Source: Amaricoccus sp. | GTDB lineage: Bacteria; Pseudomonadota; Alphaproteobacteria; Rhodobacterales; Rhodobacteraceae | Assembly (NCBI GenBank): GCA_046348915.1 | Contig: JAXMDH010000037.1 | Location: forward strand, 1,004 to 65,003 | Reading direction: 5' to 3' | DNA length: 64,000 bases | Shown: one piece after another, positions 44,114 to 54,423 of the stretch | Numbering within the stretch: position 1 is the stretch's first letter | How the letters are laid out: each line of letters begins with the position of its first letter | Notes under the pieces: generated by a model | The model's database searches: none | Seen by the model: only the letters and a program-made list of their open reading frames with translations | Told to the model about the DNA's origin: nothing | Made by a program: the position numbers and the translations under genes

Positions 44114-45520
44114 TCACATCAGCTCGCGCACGTCGGTCAGCCGGCCGGTGATCGCGGCGGCGGCGGCCATCGCCGGCGAGAGCAGGTGGGTGCGCCCGCC
44201 GCGGCCCTGGCGGCCCTCGAAGTTGCGGTTGGAGGTCGAGGCGCAGCGCTCGCCGGGGGCGAGCTGGTCGGGGTTCATCCCGAGGCACATCGAGCAGCCG
44301 GCCATCCGCCAGTCGAAGCCGGCCTCGATCAGCTTCTGCGCGATCCCCTCCTCCTCGGCCTGGGCGCGGACGAGGCCGGAGCCCGGCACGATCATCGCGC
44401 GGATTCCGTCCTTGACGCGGCGGCCCTCCATGATCTTCGCGACCTCGCGCAGGTCCTCGATGCGCCCGTTGGTGCAGGAGCCGATGAAGACGGTGTCGAT
44501 GGCGATGTCCTGCAGGCGGGTGCCGGGGACGAGGCCCATGTACTCGAGCGAGCGGCGGGCGGCATCGACCTTGCCGCCCTTGAAATCCTCGGGGTGCGGC
44601 ACCAGGCCGGTGATCGGCAGCACGTCCTCCGGCGAGGTTCCCCAGGTTACGACCGGGGCGATGTCGGCGGCATCGAGGATAACCTCGCGGTCGAAATGCG
44701 CGCCCTCGTCGGTGAAGAGGCTGTGCCAATCGGCCTCGGCCAGCTCCCAGGCGCCGCCCTTCGGGGCGTGCGGGCGACCCTTGACGTAGGCGAAGGTCTT
44801 GGCGTCGGGCGCGATCAGGCCGGCGCGGGCACCGCCCTCGATCGCCATGTTGCAGACGGTCATCCGCCCTTCCATCGAGAGGTCGCGGATCGCCGCGCCC
44901 ATGTACTCGATGACGTGGCCGTTGCCGCCGGCCGTGCCGGTGACGCCGATGATCGAAAGGGTGATGTCCTTGGCGGTGACCCCGGGGCCGAGGGAGCCCT
45001 TCACCTCGACCTTCATGTTCTTCGACTTCTTCTGGATCAGCGTCTGGGTGGCGAGGACGTGCTCGACCTCGCTGGTCCCGATGCCGTGGGCCAGTGCCCC
45101 GAAGGCGCCGTGGGTCGCGGTGTGGCTGTCGCCGCAGACGATGGTCATGCCGGGCTGGGTCAGGCCCTGCTCGGGGCCGATGATATGCACGATGCCCTGG
45201 CGGACGTCGGCGACGTCGTAGATCTCGATGCCGAACTCGCGGGCGTTGTTGCGCAGGGTCTCGACCTGGATGCGGCTTTCCTCGTTCTCGATCCCCTTGG
45301 CGCGGTTCACGTCGGTCGGGACGTTGTGGTCGGGGACGGCGACGGTCTTCTCGGGCGCGCGCACCGGGCGGCCGGCCATGCGCAGGCCCTCGAAGGCCTG
45401 CGGGCTCGTCACCTCGTGGACCAGGTGACGGTCGATGTAGAGCAGGCTGGTCCCGTCCGGCGCCTCGTGCACCAGGTGGGCGTCCCAGATCTTGTCATAG
45501 AGGGTCTTCGGAGCGGGCAT
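44114..45520 (-). CDS. leuC: 3-isopropylmalate dehydratase large subunit
   Basis: [59 protein letters not shown]. Confidence 0.98.
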   Translation of the reverse strand: MPAPKTLYDKIWDAHLVHEAPDGTSLLYIDRHLVHEVTSPQAFEGLRMAGRPVRAPEKTVAVPDHNVPTDVNRAKGIENEESRIQVETLRNNAREFGIEIYDVADVRQGIVHIIGPEQGLTQPGMTIVCGDSHTATHGAFGALAHGIGTSEVEHVLATQTLIQKKSKNMKVEVKGSLGPGVTAKDITLSIIGVTGTAGGNGHVIEYMGAAIRDLSMEGRMTVCNMAIEGGARAGLIAPDAKTFAYVKGRPHAPKGGAWELAEADWHSLFTDEGAHFDREVILDAADIAPVVTWGTSPEDVLPITGLVPHPEDFKGGKVDAARRSLEYMGLVPGTRLQDIAIDTVFIGSCTNGRIEDLREVAKIMEGRRVKDGIRAMIVPGSGLVRAQAEEEGIAQKLIEAGFDWRMAGCSMCLGMNPDQLAPGERCASTSNRNFEGRQGRGGRTHLLSPAMAAAAAITGRLTDVRELM

Positions 45521-45573
45521 CGGTTCCTCCCGGGAGGATGGTTTCGCATGGACGGCAGACGGGTGGCCGCCGC

Positions 45574-45660
45574 TTAGGCGCCCGCGAACAGCCCGACCAC
45601 CCGCCCGTGGAAGCGCCAGGGCAGGCGGGCCCGATCGTCCATATCGAAGAACCGTCGCAT
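45574..45660 (-). CDS. Candidate small ORF / leader peptide upstream of leuC
   Basis: [28 protein letters not shown] ends 53 nt before the leuC ATG; in-frame GTG at 45687 is an alternative start. Confidence 0.5.
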   Translation of the reverse strand: MRRFFDMDDRARLPWRFHGRVVGLFAGA

Positions 45661-45818
45661 TTGGGCGTCCAGATACGCCCGAATCACCGTTGCGACAAGG
45701 GTCGGGCGGGCCAGGTCCGCGCTGCCGAGCTTTCGGGCGCATCCCGGGTCGTCGAGACGGACAAGGGTCGTCGCGCGGTCTTGCCGCGGCGGCGCCGACC
45801 GCTGGCCACCTCGGCGCT

Positions 45819-45888
45819 GCAGGGATGCCAGGGGACCCCCGGCGCTTTGGCGCCGTCGCCGGCTTTCGCGGGGTCTCCGGCCCGAAGC
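45819..45888 (-). repeat. Partial third copy of the dispersed repeat
   Basis: GCAGGGA..CGGCGCTTTGGCGCCGTCGCC..CGCGGG..CCGAAG aligns with the reverse complement of about 15698-15766. Confidence 0.7.
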
Positions 45889-46077
45889 AACCCCGCCCTC
45901 GAGCGGCGGCATGACCACCGCCAGCGGGCGGCGTGCCCGTCCGCCGGCGCGTGGGTGCGGTGACGGCGGGCGGGGCCCCGCCGCTCGATGGACTGAGCAG
46001 GGGACGCAGGCCGTGCGGGGATCGCGAGGGGATGGTGGTTGCGCCTTGGGTGGGCGGAGCAACGCCGGCGGGGACGC

Positions 46078-47238
46078 CTATTCCCGCGCGAGTGCGCGCA
46101 GCTCGTCGGCGGTGATCGCGAAGTCCGAGGCGATCCAGGCCGTCTCGAGTCGGCGCAAGGTCGCCCCGAGCGCCGGTCCCGAGGCGCCGAGCGCGCTCGC
46201 CGGTAGCGGAAATCGCGCCGCCGCGCCGCGGGCGAGCTCGGGCGCGAGGTGGGGCGGGAGCGCGCCGCCGAGCGTCGCCGCGCGGACCAGCGCCGCGTCG
46301 TGGGCGGCCTCGATCCCGTGCCGGTAGGCGGCGGCTGCCGGGGGCTCGTCCTCTGCCAGCGACGCCGCCACGGCGCCGAGCGCCCGGGCGTCGGCGCGCG
46401 AGAGCCGCAGCCCCTGCGCCCATTCTGGACGCCAGCCCAGCGCCGCGAGCCGGCGCTGCCAGCGCGGCGCGATCCCGGCCTCCTGCTCCAGGTGGACGAG
46501 CGGCGCCAGCGCGCGCGGGTCGGCGCCGGGCAGCAGCCGGCCGAGGATGCCGGTGGCATCCATCGCCGCCAACGCCGGCGCGGGGTCCGCGGCGGCCAGC
46601 AGCTTGGCGAGCTCGGCGCCGACGCGCTCGCGCGAAAGCTGCGCGAGACCGTCCTGCGCGGCGGCGCAGGCGGCGAGGCCGTCGGGATCGAGCCCACCCG
46701 CCGGGTCGCCGTACCAGGCGTGAATGCGGAAGAACCGCAGGATCCGAAGGTAGTCCTCGGCAATCCGCTGGCCCGGGTCGCCGACGAACCGCACCCGGCC
46801 CGCCAGGAGGTCGGGAAGGCCGCCCAGCGGATCGACCACCTCGCCGTCCGGGCGGGCGTAGAGCGCGTTCATGGTGAAGTCGCGGCGGGCGGCATCCTCG
46901 GCGAGCGCGTCGGTGAAGGCGACCGTGGCGCGGCGGCCAAAGGTTTCGACGTCGCGCCGGAACGTCGTCACCTCGAACGGCCGGCCCTCGGCGACGACCG
47001 TGACGGTGCCGTGCCCGATCCCGGTCGGCACCGGTTCGAGGCCAGCGGCCGCCGCGAGCGCGATCACGGCTTCGGGTCGCGCGTCGGTGGCGATGTCGAC
47101 GTCCGACACCGGCCGCCCGAGCAGCGCGTTCCGCACGCAGCCGCCGACGAAGAGCGCCCGGTGTCCGTCGGCGGTCAGCGCCGCCATCACCGCGCGCGTC
47201 GCCGGGGCCTCGAGCCAGTTGCCGGCGACCCGCGTCAC
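46078..47238 (-). CDS. cca: CCA tRNA nucleotidyltransferase (class II)
   Basis: [50 protein letters not shown]. Confidence 0.93.
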   Translation of the reverse strand: MTRVAGNWLEAPATRAVMAALTADGHRALFVGGCVRNALLGRPVSDVDIATDARPEAVIALAAAAGLEPVPTGIGHGTVTVVAEGRPFEVTTFRRDVETFGRRATVAFTDALAEDAARRDFTMNALYARPDGEVVDPLGGLPDLLAGRVRFVGDPGQRIAEDYLRILRFFRIHAWYGDPAGGLDPDGLAACAAAQDGLAQLSRERVGAELAKLLAAADPAPALAAMDATGILGRLLPGADPRALAPLVHLEQEAGIAPRWQRRLAALGWRPEWAQGLRLSRADARALGAVAASLAEDEPPAAAAYRHGIEAAHDAALVRAATLGGALPPHLAPELARGAAARFPLPASALGASGPALGATLRRLETAWIASDFAITADELRALARE

Positions 47239-47840
47239 GGGCCGCGCATCCGGTCGGAGAAGTTCTTCAGCATCCGCGCGGTCGCGCCCCAGATGTAGTG
47301 CGGTCCGTAGGGGATGACGTAGTAGTGGCGCATCCGCCCCTGCCAGCGGCGGCCGTGCACCTGCAGGTTCGCAGGGTCGAGCACGAAGGCGAGCGGCACC
47401 TCGAACACCTCGTCGACCTCGCCCCGCTCGGGCACCGGGCGGAAGTCGGGCGGGACCAGCGCGACGAACGGCGTCACGAGGAAAGCGGTGACGGTCTCGT
47501 GCGGGTCGAGGGCGCCCAGGACCTCGACCGTCGCGGGGTCGAGACCGATCTCCTCCCGCGCCTCGCGCAGCGCCGCGGCGAGCGGCGTCGGGTCGCCCGG
47601 GTCCTGCTTGCCGCCCGGGAAGGCCACCTGCCCCGGATGGTGCTTGAGGATCGCGGCGCGGCGGGTCAGCATCAGCTGCAGCCGCGGGCCGCGCTCGACC
47701 AGAGGCACCAGTACCGAGGCCGGGCGCAGCTTCCCCCCGGCGCGCGGCACCTCCGGGTTGAGGTCGTAGTCCGAAGACGCGGCGGACGGCGTCGCGAGCG
47801 CGCGGCGGATGCGCGAAAGGCTGACGCTGGCGATGTCCAT
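47235..47840 (-). CDS. CoA pyrophosphatase (Nudix, NudL-like)
   Basis: [37 protein letters not shown]. Confidence 0.93.
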   Translation of the reverse strand: MDIASVSLSRIRRALATPSAASSDYDLNPEVPRAGGKLRPASVLVPLVERGPRLQLMLTRRAAILKHHPGQVAFPGGKQDPGDPTPLAAALREAREEIGLDPATVEVLGALDPHETVTAFLVTPFVALVPPDFRPVPERGEVDEVFEVPLAFVLDPANLQVHGRRWQGRMRHYYVIPYGPHYIWGATARMLKNFSDRMRGP

Positions 47841-48016
47841 CCGCGCTACATGGCCGGGGGCAGGCCCGGAAGCAAGGGCCGAGGCCGCCCGGCGTCAGCA
47901 GGCCATGCCGCGAGGCATCGCCGGAGCCGAAGGGCCGTGTCCCGTCCACGGGCTCTTCACGGGAACGTTCCTCACGGTCCGATGTTGACTCCCGTCGAGG
48001 CTGGCTGGAAGCGACC

Positions 48017-48778
48017 ACGGAAGCCCTGAGCACCGCGGCCGTCGTCTTCGTCGCTGCCTTCGTGGCGGCGCTCGCGGGACTGGGCCTCGGAAGGCGCCTC
48101 CCGACCCGCCACCTCGACTCGGACACGCGCGACATGGTGCGGCAGGTCGCGGGGTTCCTCGGGGCGCTGGTCGCGCTGGTGCTCGGCCTGCTGGTCGCTT
48201 CGGCCAAGGCGAGCTACGACCAGCATCGCCAGCAGCTGCAGGACATAGCGGCGAACATCGTCGCGCTCGACACGGCGCTGGCGCATTTCGGAGAGGGCGC
48301 CGGCGGGGCGCGCGCCGCGTTGCGCTCAGCGGTCGCCGAGGAACTGGATCGGTTCTCCGCCGGCGGCAAGATCGGCGGCGCCGGGCTGGACCGGCCGGTT
48401 CGCGAGGCCCGCGTCCTCGGATTTTACGATCTGGTCGCGGCCTTGACGCCGCAGACCGATGCCGAGCGCCTCGCCCGGACGCGGGCGCTCCAGCTCGTCG
48501 ACAGCATCGCCGCCACCCGCGTGCTCATGACCGAGGACCCGAGCGGGTCGATCCCGTCACCGTTTCTCGTCGTGCTGGTATTCTGGGTGGCGGCGATGCT
48601 GGTCAGCTTCGGCCTCTTCGCGCTCCCGAACCCCACGGTGGTCGTTGCGCTGATGGTCGGGGCCATATCGGCCGCCGGGGCGGTCTACCTGATCCTCGAG
48701 CTCGACCGGCCGCTGGACGGCGCCATGCGGCTTTCCACGGAGCCGCTGCGCTATGCCGTCGAATCGCTGGGCCGGTGA
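48017..48778 (+). CDS. DUF4239-like membrane protein (start uncertain: ACG 48017 or GTG 48062)
   Basis: LVALVLGLLVASAKASYD, SIPSPFLVVLVFW, LILELDRPLDG. Confidence 0.8.
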   Translation, partial: TEALSTAAVVFVAAFVAALAGLGLGRRLPTRHLDSDTRDMVRQVAGFLGALVALVLGLLVASAKASYDQHRQQLQDIAANIVALDTALAHFGEGAGGARAALRSAVAEELDRFSAGGKIGGAGLDRPVREARVLGFYDLVAALTPQTDAERLARTRALQLVDSIAATRVLMTEDPSGSIPSPFLVVLVFWVAAMLVSFGLFALPNPTVVVALMVGAISAAGAVYLILELDRPLDGAMRLSTEPLRYAVESLGR

Positions 48779-48853
48779 ACGCCGATCGGAACGCAACACG
48801 GGAGCGGGCCACGCAGGTGGCCGGGCTCCGTTTATCGGGAGGAGGACGTTTCC

Positions 48854-49564
48854 ATGAATACGGGTCAAGGCTTCGCCGTCGAACCGGCCGTGCTCCGCAT
48901 TCTCCTTTTGGCGGCGGCGCTCGGCCTTGTTGCCGCCCTGCCGGCCCGCGCCGCCGATCCGATCCAGGACCTCATCGACAAGTTCAAGCCGGTGATCTGC
49001 TCGAACCAGACCTACGGCCTCTGCGCCGGCGCCAGCGGCTTCGTCTTCAACGACATCGCCCACGCGCGCTGCGACGTGAAGCACGGCCGGAGCATCAGCT
49101 CGCCCTTCCCCTACGACGACGGCAAGGACATCTGCTCGCTCAACGCCGAGGGCGCCGGCAACGGTTACATGGCGAGCACGTTCAGCCTGCCCGACTCGGT
49201 TCGAGCCCCGCGCGGCACCCAGGCGGTCTACGTCTGTCCGCGCACGTCGAGGGCCGCATATGCCAAGTGCGATGGGGCCGTCTGTTTCACGAGCACGTCG
49301 GGCCATAGCTTCCCGGGCTCCGACACCCCGCTCGCCCAGGACGAGATCATCTGCTCCTGCCCGATCGAGAAGGCGACCGCGCGGCAGGGTCTCGAGATCA
49401 TCGGGCCTTATCCCTGTCAGAAGGACTTCTTCAGCGTGTGCGACAGTGCCGTCGCCACCGGGGCGAACGGGTCGACTCTCTACGACGGGACGTCGATCGG
49501 CTCGACGTTTGTCGGCGCAACGATCCTCGACGGCCGCATCCCGCACTTGAACATTTGCCGCTAG
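48854..49564 (+). CDS. Secreted cysteine-rich protein (12 Cys)
   Basis: GGAGGAGG RBS; signal peptide ending ARA-A; ICSNQTYGLC, KCDGAVC, ICSCP. Confidence 0.8.
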   Translation: MNTGQGFAVEPAVLRILLLAAALGLVAALPARAADPIQDLIDKFKPVICSNQTYGLCAGASGFVFNDIAHARCDVKHGRSISSPFPYDDGKDICSLNAEGAGNGYMASTFSLPDSVRAPRGTQAVYVCPRTSRAAYAKCDGAVCFTSTSGHSFPGSDTPLAQDEIICSCPIEKATARQGLEIIGPYPCQKDFFSVCDSAVATGANGSTLYDGTSIGSTFVGATILDGRIPHLNICR

Positions 49565-50535
49565 AGCATTTTCCGAGCCGCGTGAATCGTGTGGGATTCC
49601 CAGAGGCCTTCGGTTCTGATTCAAGATGTGGCTGGGAAGGGAGGCCAGCATGCATGGCGCGATACCTTTCCGAGGATCTGCGGGTTCGGGTGATCGAGGC
49701 GGTTCGGTCGGGCGCGAGCCGCCGGCAGGCGGCGGCGCGGTTCGGGGTGAGCGTGTCGAGCGCGATCCGCTGGGTGGCCGAGTGGCGCGCGAGCGGGCGC
49801 ACGGCGCCGCGGGCGCAGGGCGGGGATCGCCGGTCGGATCGCGTCGAGGCCGAAGCGGACTTCCTGCTGGCGCGCGTTGCGGAGACCCCGGACGTGACCT
49901 TGGCGGGGCTGCGCGAGGCGCTGTGGCGCGAGCAGGCGCTTCGGGTCGCGGTCAGCACGCTCTGGCGCTTCTTCGACCGCCGCCGCATCACGCTGAAAAA
50001 GACGGCGCATGCCGCCGAGCAGGAGCGTCCGGACGTGAAGGCGCGACGGCTGGCCTGGTTCGAGGCGCAGGCCGAGCTCGATCCGAGCCGCCTCGTCTTC
50101 ATCGACGAGACCGGCGCCGGCACCAAGATGGCGCGCCTGCGCGGGCGGGCTCCCGAGGTGCGCGCGGCCGGGCCGCGATCCCGCACGGCCACTGGATGAC
50201 CACCACGCTCGTCGCCGCGCTGCGCCTCGAGGGCATGACGGCCCCGATGGTCATCGACGGCGCGATGAGCGGCGAGGCCTTTCGCGCCTGGGTCCGCCAC
50301 ATGCTCGCTCCGAGCCTCGGCCCCGGCGACATCGTCGTCATGGACAACCTGCCGGCGCACAAGGTCGGCGGCGTCCGCGCGATGATCGAGGCCGTCGGAG
50401 CACGGCTGCCCTACCTTCCGCCCTATTCCCCGGGCTTCAACCCGATCGAGCAGGCGTTCGCCAAGCTCAAGGCACTGCTCCGCAAGGCGGCCGCCCGAAC
50501 TCTCGATGCCCTCGAGCACGCCATTGCCGCCGCCC
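49561..50535 (+). mobile_element. IS630-family element, right end apparently missing
   Basis: Left end CTAGAGCATTTTCCGA; [50 protein letters not shown]; no matching CTCTAG before mcl. Confidence 0.88.
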
Positions 50536-50604
50536 CTCGGCCGGGAAGTCGGGCGGCGCAGCGATCAACGCAAGGCTGACGGCGGACGCCAAGGCGCTCT
50601 GCCC

Positions 50605-51582
50605 TCAGCCGGCGGCGATGAGCTCCGCCATCTCGACGATGACCTTTGCCTGGCGGACCGAGGCGATATCGATCAGGCGGCCCTTGTAGGTGACGGCACC
50701 CTGGCCCTTGGCCTCGGCGTCGCCCATGGCGGCGAGGATCTCGCGCGCCTCGGAGACCTTGGCCTCGGGCGGGGTGAAGACCGCGTTGGCGAGCTCCACC
50801 TGGTTCGGGTGGATCGCCCATTTCCCGACCATGCCGAGGGTCGCGGACCGGCGCGCCTGCGCCGTGAAGCCATCGGGGTCGGAGAAGTCGCCGAAGGGCC
50901 CGTCGACCGGCAGGACTCCGTTGGCGCGGCAGGCGGCGACGATCGCCGCCGTGACGCCGTGCCAGGGGTCGGCGTAGGCCGGCGGGCGCGGGGCGTCGCC
51001 GTCCCGGGGCGGCAGCATGTAGTAGCCGTCCTGGGTGCCGCCGATCCCCGTCGTCTGCATCCCCATCGAGGCGGCGAAGTCGGCGGCGCCGATGCTCATC
51101 GCCTCGAGTCGCGGCGAGGCGGCGGCGATTTCGCGCACGTTCGCGAAGCCGAGCGCCGTCTCGATGATCACCTCGAACCCGAGGCGCTTCGTCCGTCCCT
51201 TGGCGGCCTCGATCGCGGTGACGAGGGCGTCGACGGCATAGAGGTCGCCGGCGGTCCCGACCTTGGGGATCATGATGCGGTCGATCCGCTCGCCGGCCTG
51301 CTCGAGGATGTCGACGACGTCGCGGTACCAGAACGGCGTGTCGAGGCCGTTGATCCGGACCGACAGCGTCTTCGTCCCCCAGTCGACGGCATCGATCGCC
51401 TCGATGACGTGGGCGCGCGCGGCTGGCTTGTCGGCGGGGGGCACGCTGTCCTCGAGATCGAGGTTGACGACGTCGGCCGCCGATGCCGCCATCTTCGGGA
51501 ACAGCGCCGGGCGCGAGCCGGGCCCGAAGAGCTGGCAGCGATTGGGCACGGCCGGCGGGCTAGGGGGAATGGTGAAGCTCAC
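50605..51582 (-). CDS. mcl: L-malyl-CoA/beta-methylmalyl-CoA lyase
   Basis: NRCQLFGPGSR, NLDLEDSV, VRINGLDTPFWYRD, GAADFAASMGMQTTGIGG, DGPFGDFSD, GKWAIHP. Confidence 0.93.
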   Translation of the reverse strand: MSFTIPPSPPAVPNRCQLFGPGSRPALFPKMAASAADVVNLDLEDSVPPADKPAARAHVIEAIDAVDWGTKTLSVRINGLDTPFWYRDVVDILEQAGERIDRIMIPKVGTAGDLYAVDALVTAIEAAKGRTKRLGFEVIIETALGFANVREIAAASPRLEAMSIGAADFAASMGMQTTGIGGTQDGYYMLPPRDGDAPRPPAYADPWHGVTAAIVAACRANGVLPVDGPFGDFSDPDGFTAQARRSATLGMVGKWAIHPNQVELANAVFTPPEAKVSEAREILAAMGDAEAKGQGAVTYKGRLIDIASVRQAKVIVEMAELIAAG

Positions 51583-51720
51583 GGGCGGTCCTTTCGGATG
51601 CAGAACGGGTCCGATGCCTCCTCTGTGATAGGATGGCGGCCGAAGCCCCGTCAACGCGGCTTTTTGCAACGCAGCAAAACGGTCGGGCGCACCGGCAAGT
51701 CGATAGGCGTCCTGCGCCGG

Positions 51721-52323
51721 TCAGAGCGCGCGCCGCGCCATCAGCGCCGCGCCGATCGTGCCGTCGTCGAGGTAGTCGAGCTCGCCGCCGACCGGTACGC
51801 CCTTGGCGAGCGAGGTCACGGCGATGCCGAGCGGCGACAGCTCGCCGGCGATGTAGTGCGCGGTCGTCTGGCCGTCGATCGTGGCGTTGAGGGCGAGGAT
51901 CACCTCGAGCGTGCCCTCCTCGGCGACCCGCGCGACCAGCGCCGGGATCCGCAGCGCCTCCGGCCCCACCTGGTCGAGCGCCGAGAGGACGCCCCCGAGC
52001 ACGTGGTAGCGCCCCCGGAAGGCGCCGCCGCGCTCCATTGCCCAGAGATCGGCCACCGTCTCGACGACGCAGACTTCGCCCGTCGCGCGCCGCGGGTCGG
52101 CGCAGATGGCGCAGATGGCGCCGGTGGCGATGTTCCCGCAGCGCTCGCATTCCCGGACCGTTGCCGCCACCTCGGCCAGCGCCGCCGCCAGCGGCTCGAG
52201 CATCAGCTCGCGCCGCCGCACCATGGCAAGCACCGCCCGTCGCGCCGACCGCGGCCCGAGCCCCGGCAGCCGCGCCATCAGCGCGATCAGCCGGTCGATG
52301 GCCGCGTCGCCCGCCTCCGGCAT
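51721..52323 (-). CDS. recR: Recombination mediator RecR
   Basis: [11 protein letters not shown], CxxC..CxxC zinc finger, [18 protein letters not shown]. Confidence 0.96.
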   Translation of the reverse strand: MPEAGDAAIDRLIALMARLPGLGPRSARRAVLAMVRRRELMLEPLAAALAEVAATVRECERCGNIATGAICAICADPRRATGEVCVVETVADLWAMERGGAFRGRYHVLGGVLSALDQVGPEALRIPALVARVAEEGTLEVILALNATIDGQTTAHYIAGELSPLGIAVTSLAKGVPVGGELDYLDDGTIGAALMARRAL

Positions 52324-52324
52324 C

Positions 52325-52669
52325 TCAGAACGGCAGCTTCAGCCCCGGCGGCAGATCGAGCCCCTCGGTCACCTTGGCCATCTCGGCCTGCGCCGCCGCC
52401 ATCGCCCGCGCCTGCGCGTCGCGCACCGCCGCGACGATCAGGTCCTCGACCACCTCGCGCTCCTCCGGCACGAAGAGCGAGGGGTCGATCGACAGCCGCC
52501 GGACCTCGCCCTTGGCGGTCGCCGTGACCTTCACCAGCCCCGCCCCGGCCTCGCCCTCGACCTCGATCTCGTCGAGCCGGCCCTGCGCGTCGGACATGCG
52601 CGACTGCATCTCCTGGGCCTGCTTCATGATCTTGGCCATGTCGCCAAGCTGCCCCAACCCCTTCAGCAT
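52325..52669 (-). CDS. ybaB: YbaB/EbfC nucleoid-associated protein
   Basis: [39 protein letters not shown]; position between dnaX and recR. Confidence 0.95.
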   Translation of the reverse strand: MLKGLGQLGDMAKIMKQAQEMQSRMSDAQGRLDEIEVEGEAGAGLVKVTATAKGEVRRLSIDPSLFVPEEREVVEDLIVAAVRDAQARAMAAAQAEMAKVTEGLDLPPGLKLPF

Positions 52670-54423
52670 CAATTCTCCTCCTGGAAGGGATCGAACGGAT
52701 CCCAGTCGTCCGGTAGCTCTTCGGCCTCGTCGGGCGCCGGCGCCTGTACCAGCGTGTCGGCCGGCCGCACCTCGCGGATCTCGGCGCCCGGGAAGGCCGC
52801 CAGCACCGCCTGCACCATCGGGTGCTCGAGCGAGCGCGCCTTGAGGTCGCCCTTCTCCTTGGCCCGCACCTCGGCAATCGTCGCGGCGCCGCCAGACCCG
52901 ACCACCGCCACGCCCCAGCGCGCGCCGGTCCAGAGCTGCAGCCGCTGCGCCAGTCGCGCCGCGAGATCGGGCGGCGCCCCGTCGGCGGGCTCGAACTCGA
53001 TCCGGCCGGGGGCATAGCGCACCAGCCGCACGCCCGCCTCGACCTCGACGAGGAGGCTGACGTCGCGCCGCGCCCGGATCAGCGCAACCACGTCCTCGAA
53101 CCCCTGGTAGCGCGCCAGCGCCTCGGCTGCGGGCGCCGGCGCCGGCTGTGCGGCAGGCACCGGCGCGGAGATCGTCGCGGGCGCCGCCGTCACCGCGCTC
53201 GCAACCGGCCCCCGCGCTGCCCGTGCCCCGCCGCCGCCGCCCGGTGGCAAGGCCGCCGGCGGGGCAGGGGTGTCCCCCAGCCGCCGCACCAGCTCCTCGG
53301 GCGTCGGCAGGTCCGCCACGTGAGTCAGCCGGATGATCGCCATCTCGGCGGCCATCATTGCACTCGGCGCCGCGGCCACCTCCTCGAGCGCCTTCAGCAG
53401 CATCTGCCAGGCGCGCGTCAACACTCGCATCCCGAGCCGGGCCGCGAGGTCGAGCCCACGCGCCCGCTCGTCCGGCCCGACCGTCGGGTCGTCGGCCGCC
53501 TCGGGGGCGAGCTTCACCATCGAGACCCAGTGCGTGACCTCGGCGAGGTCGCGGATCACCGCCATCGGATCCGCGCCCCCCGCGTACTGCGCCGCGAGCT
53601 CGGCCAGCGCCCCCTTGGCGTCGCCGCGCATCACCGCTTCGAACAGGTCGAGGACGCGGCCGCGGTCGGCCAGCCCGAGCATTGCCCGCACCTCGGCGGC
53701 GGTCACCTCGCCGGCCCCGTGCGCGATCGCCTGGTCGAGCAGCGACAAGGCATCGCGCATCGAGCCTTCGGACGCTCGCACGATCAGCGCCAGCGCATCC
53801 GGCGCCACCGCGACATTCTCTTGCCCGACGATCCCGCCCAGGTAGGCGAGCATCGCCTCGGGCTCGATCCGTCGCAGGTCGAAGCGCTGGCAGCGCGACA
53901 GCACCGTCACCGGTACCTTGCGGATCTCCGTCGTCGCGAAGATGAACTTGACGTGCGGCGGCGGCTCCTCGAGCGTCTTGAGGAGCGCGTTGAAGGCCGA
54001 GGTGCTCAGCATGTGCACCTCGTCGATGATGTAGACCTTGTAGCGCGCACTCGCCGCCCGGTAGGCGACACCGTCGATGATCTCGCGGATGTCGGCGACG
54101 CCTGTCCGGGAGGCCGCGTCCATCTCCAGAACGTCGACGTGCCGCCCCTCGGCGATCGCCCGGCAGGCCTCGCAGACGCCGCAGGGCTCGATCGTCGGCC
54201 CGCCGATCCCGTCGGCGCCCGTGCAGTTCAGCCCCTTGGCGACGATCCGCGCAGTCGTGGTCTTGCCGACCCCGCGCACGCCGGTCAGCACGAAGGCATG
54301 CGCGATCCGGTCCGCCGCGAAGGCGTTCCGAAGCGTCCGCACCATCGCCTCCTGGCCGACCAGGTCGGCAAAGGTGGCCGGGCGGTACTTGCGCGCCAGC
54401 ACGCGGTATTCGGTTTCGCTCAA
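52669..54423 (-). CDS. dnaX: DNA polymerase III subunit gamma/tau (probable TTG start)
   Basis: YRVLARKYRP, GVRGVGKTT, DEVHMLS, SRCQRF. Confidence 0.95.
   Translation of the reverse strand: MSETEYRVLARKYRPATFADLVGQEAMVRTLRNAFAADRIAHAFVLTGVRGVGKTTTARIVAKGLNCTGADGIGGPTIEPCGVCEACRAIAEGRHVDVLEMDAASRTGVADIREIIDGVAYRAASARYKVYIIDEVHMLSTSAFNALLKTLEEPPPHVKFIFATTEIRKVPVTVLSRCQRFDLRRIEPEAMLAYLGGIVGQENVAVAPDALALIVRASEGSMRDALSLLDQAIAHGAGEVTAAEVRAMLGLADRGRVLDLFEAVMRGDAKGALAELAAQYAGGADPMAVIRDLAEVTHWVSMVKLAPEAADDPTVGPDERARGLDLAARLGMRVLTRAWQMLLKALEEVAAAPSAMMAAEMAIIRLTHVADLPTPEELVRRLGDTPAPPAALPPGGGGGARAARGPVASAVTAAPATISAPVPAAQPAPAPAAEALARYQGFEDVVALIRARRDVSLLVEVEAGVRLVRYAPGRIEFEPADGAPPDLAARLAQRLQLWTGARWGVAVVGSGGAATIAEVRAKEKGDLKARSLEHPMVQAVLAAFPGAEIREVRPADTLVQAPAPDEAEELPDDWDPFDPFQEEN

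Noticed and set aside
39608-44329. leuC repeats as a diversity-generating retroelement TR/VR pair
   Set aside because: No reverse transcriptase in the window, and differences are mostly third-position changes rather than adenine-specific.
52669-54423. Programmed gamma/tau frameshift in dnaX
   Set aside because: No A-AAA-AAG or poly-A slippery run seen.
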